Below, in pieces: positions 63,736 through 64,000 of a stretch of 64,000 nucleotides of DNA (its first letter is position 1; each line of letters opens with the position of its first letter). Under the pieces are notes generated by a model, which made no database searches, was not told the DNA's origin, and saw nothing but the letters and a program-made list of their open reading frames with translations. Both the position numbers and the translations under genes were made by a program. Location of the stretch: assembly GCA_963575745.1 (NCBI GenBank), contig CAUYUJ010000002.1, positions 558,001-622,000 of the forward strand, given 5' to 3'. Origin of the DNA: Prorocentrum cordatum (lineage: Eukaryota).

Positions 63736-64000
63736 GTGCACTGGCAACGCAGGAAGGAGGAAACTAGAGGTGCACAGAGAAGAGAGAGGATGCTCAGAAA
63801 CATACTTGTGAACGTTCGGGGAACCCATATGTATCCGTGGTGAACGTTGGGGGAGCTCGCGTACATTACATGTGATCGTGATGGTGTTGTACGTCCTTGC
63901 GAATAGCATCGCTTTTCCGCGAGGCCCGTTCATGACGGGAAAGGTTTGGGAAATGAGCGTTTCGCCTGAGACATGTTTTCCACATCGCGATCTTGGGGGT

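Overview
GC-rich, repeat-dominated eukaryotic DNA, almost certainly dinoflagellate (Prorocentrum-like is inference). The evidence is a 21/22 match to the dinoflagellate spliced leader (DinoSL) at 16351 and GC-AG introns with AG|G junctions. Most ORFs in the supplied track are artefacts of microsatellites and high GC. One host gene can be rebuilt by eye: a + strand CCCH zinc-finger protein with small exons (9621-9703, 12810-12987, 18222-18283) separated by multi-kb introns. A probable second, Cys-rich gene has a - strand exon near 30.8-31.0 kb. The rest is satellites (a ~150-bp higher-order repeat, 160-bp and 140-bp tandem arrays), microsatellites, several MITE/foldback families and retroelement remnants. 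Two remnants stand out. One is a LINE-like 5' end (intronless ORF1 plus a degenerate endonuclease start) headed by a DinoSL and lying inside an intron. The other is a well-preserved LINE-like 3' end whose zinc-finger tail is followed by a separate 285-aa ORF and perhaps a 104-aa ORF. All calls were made by eye, with no database search.
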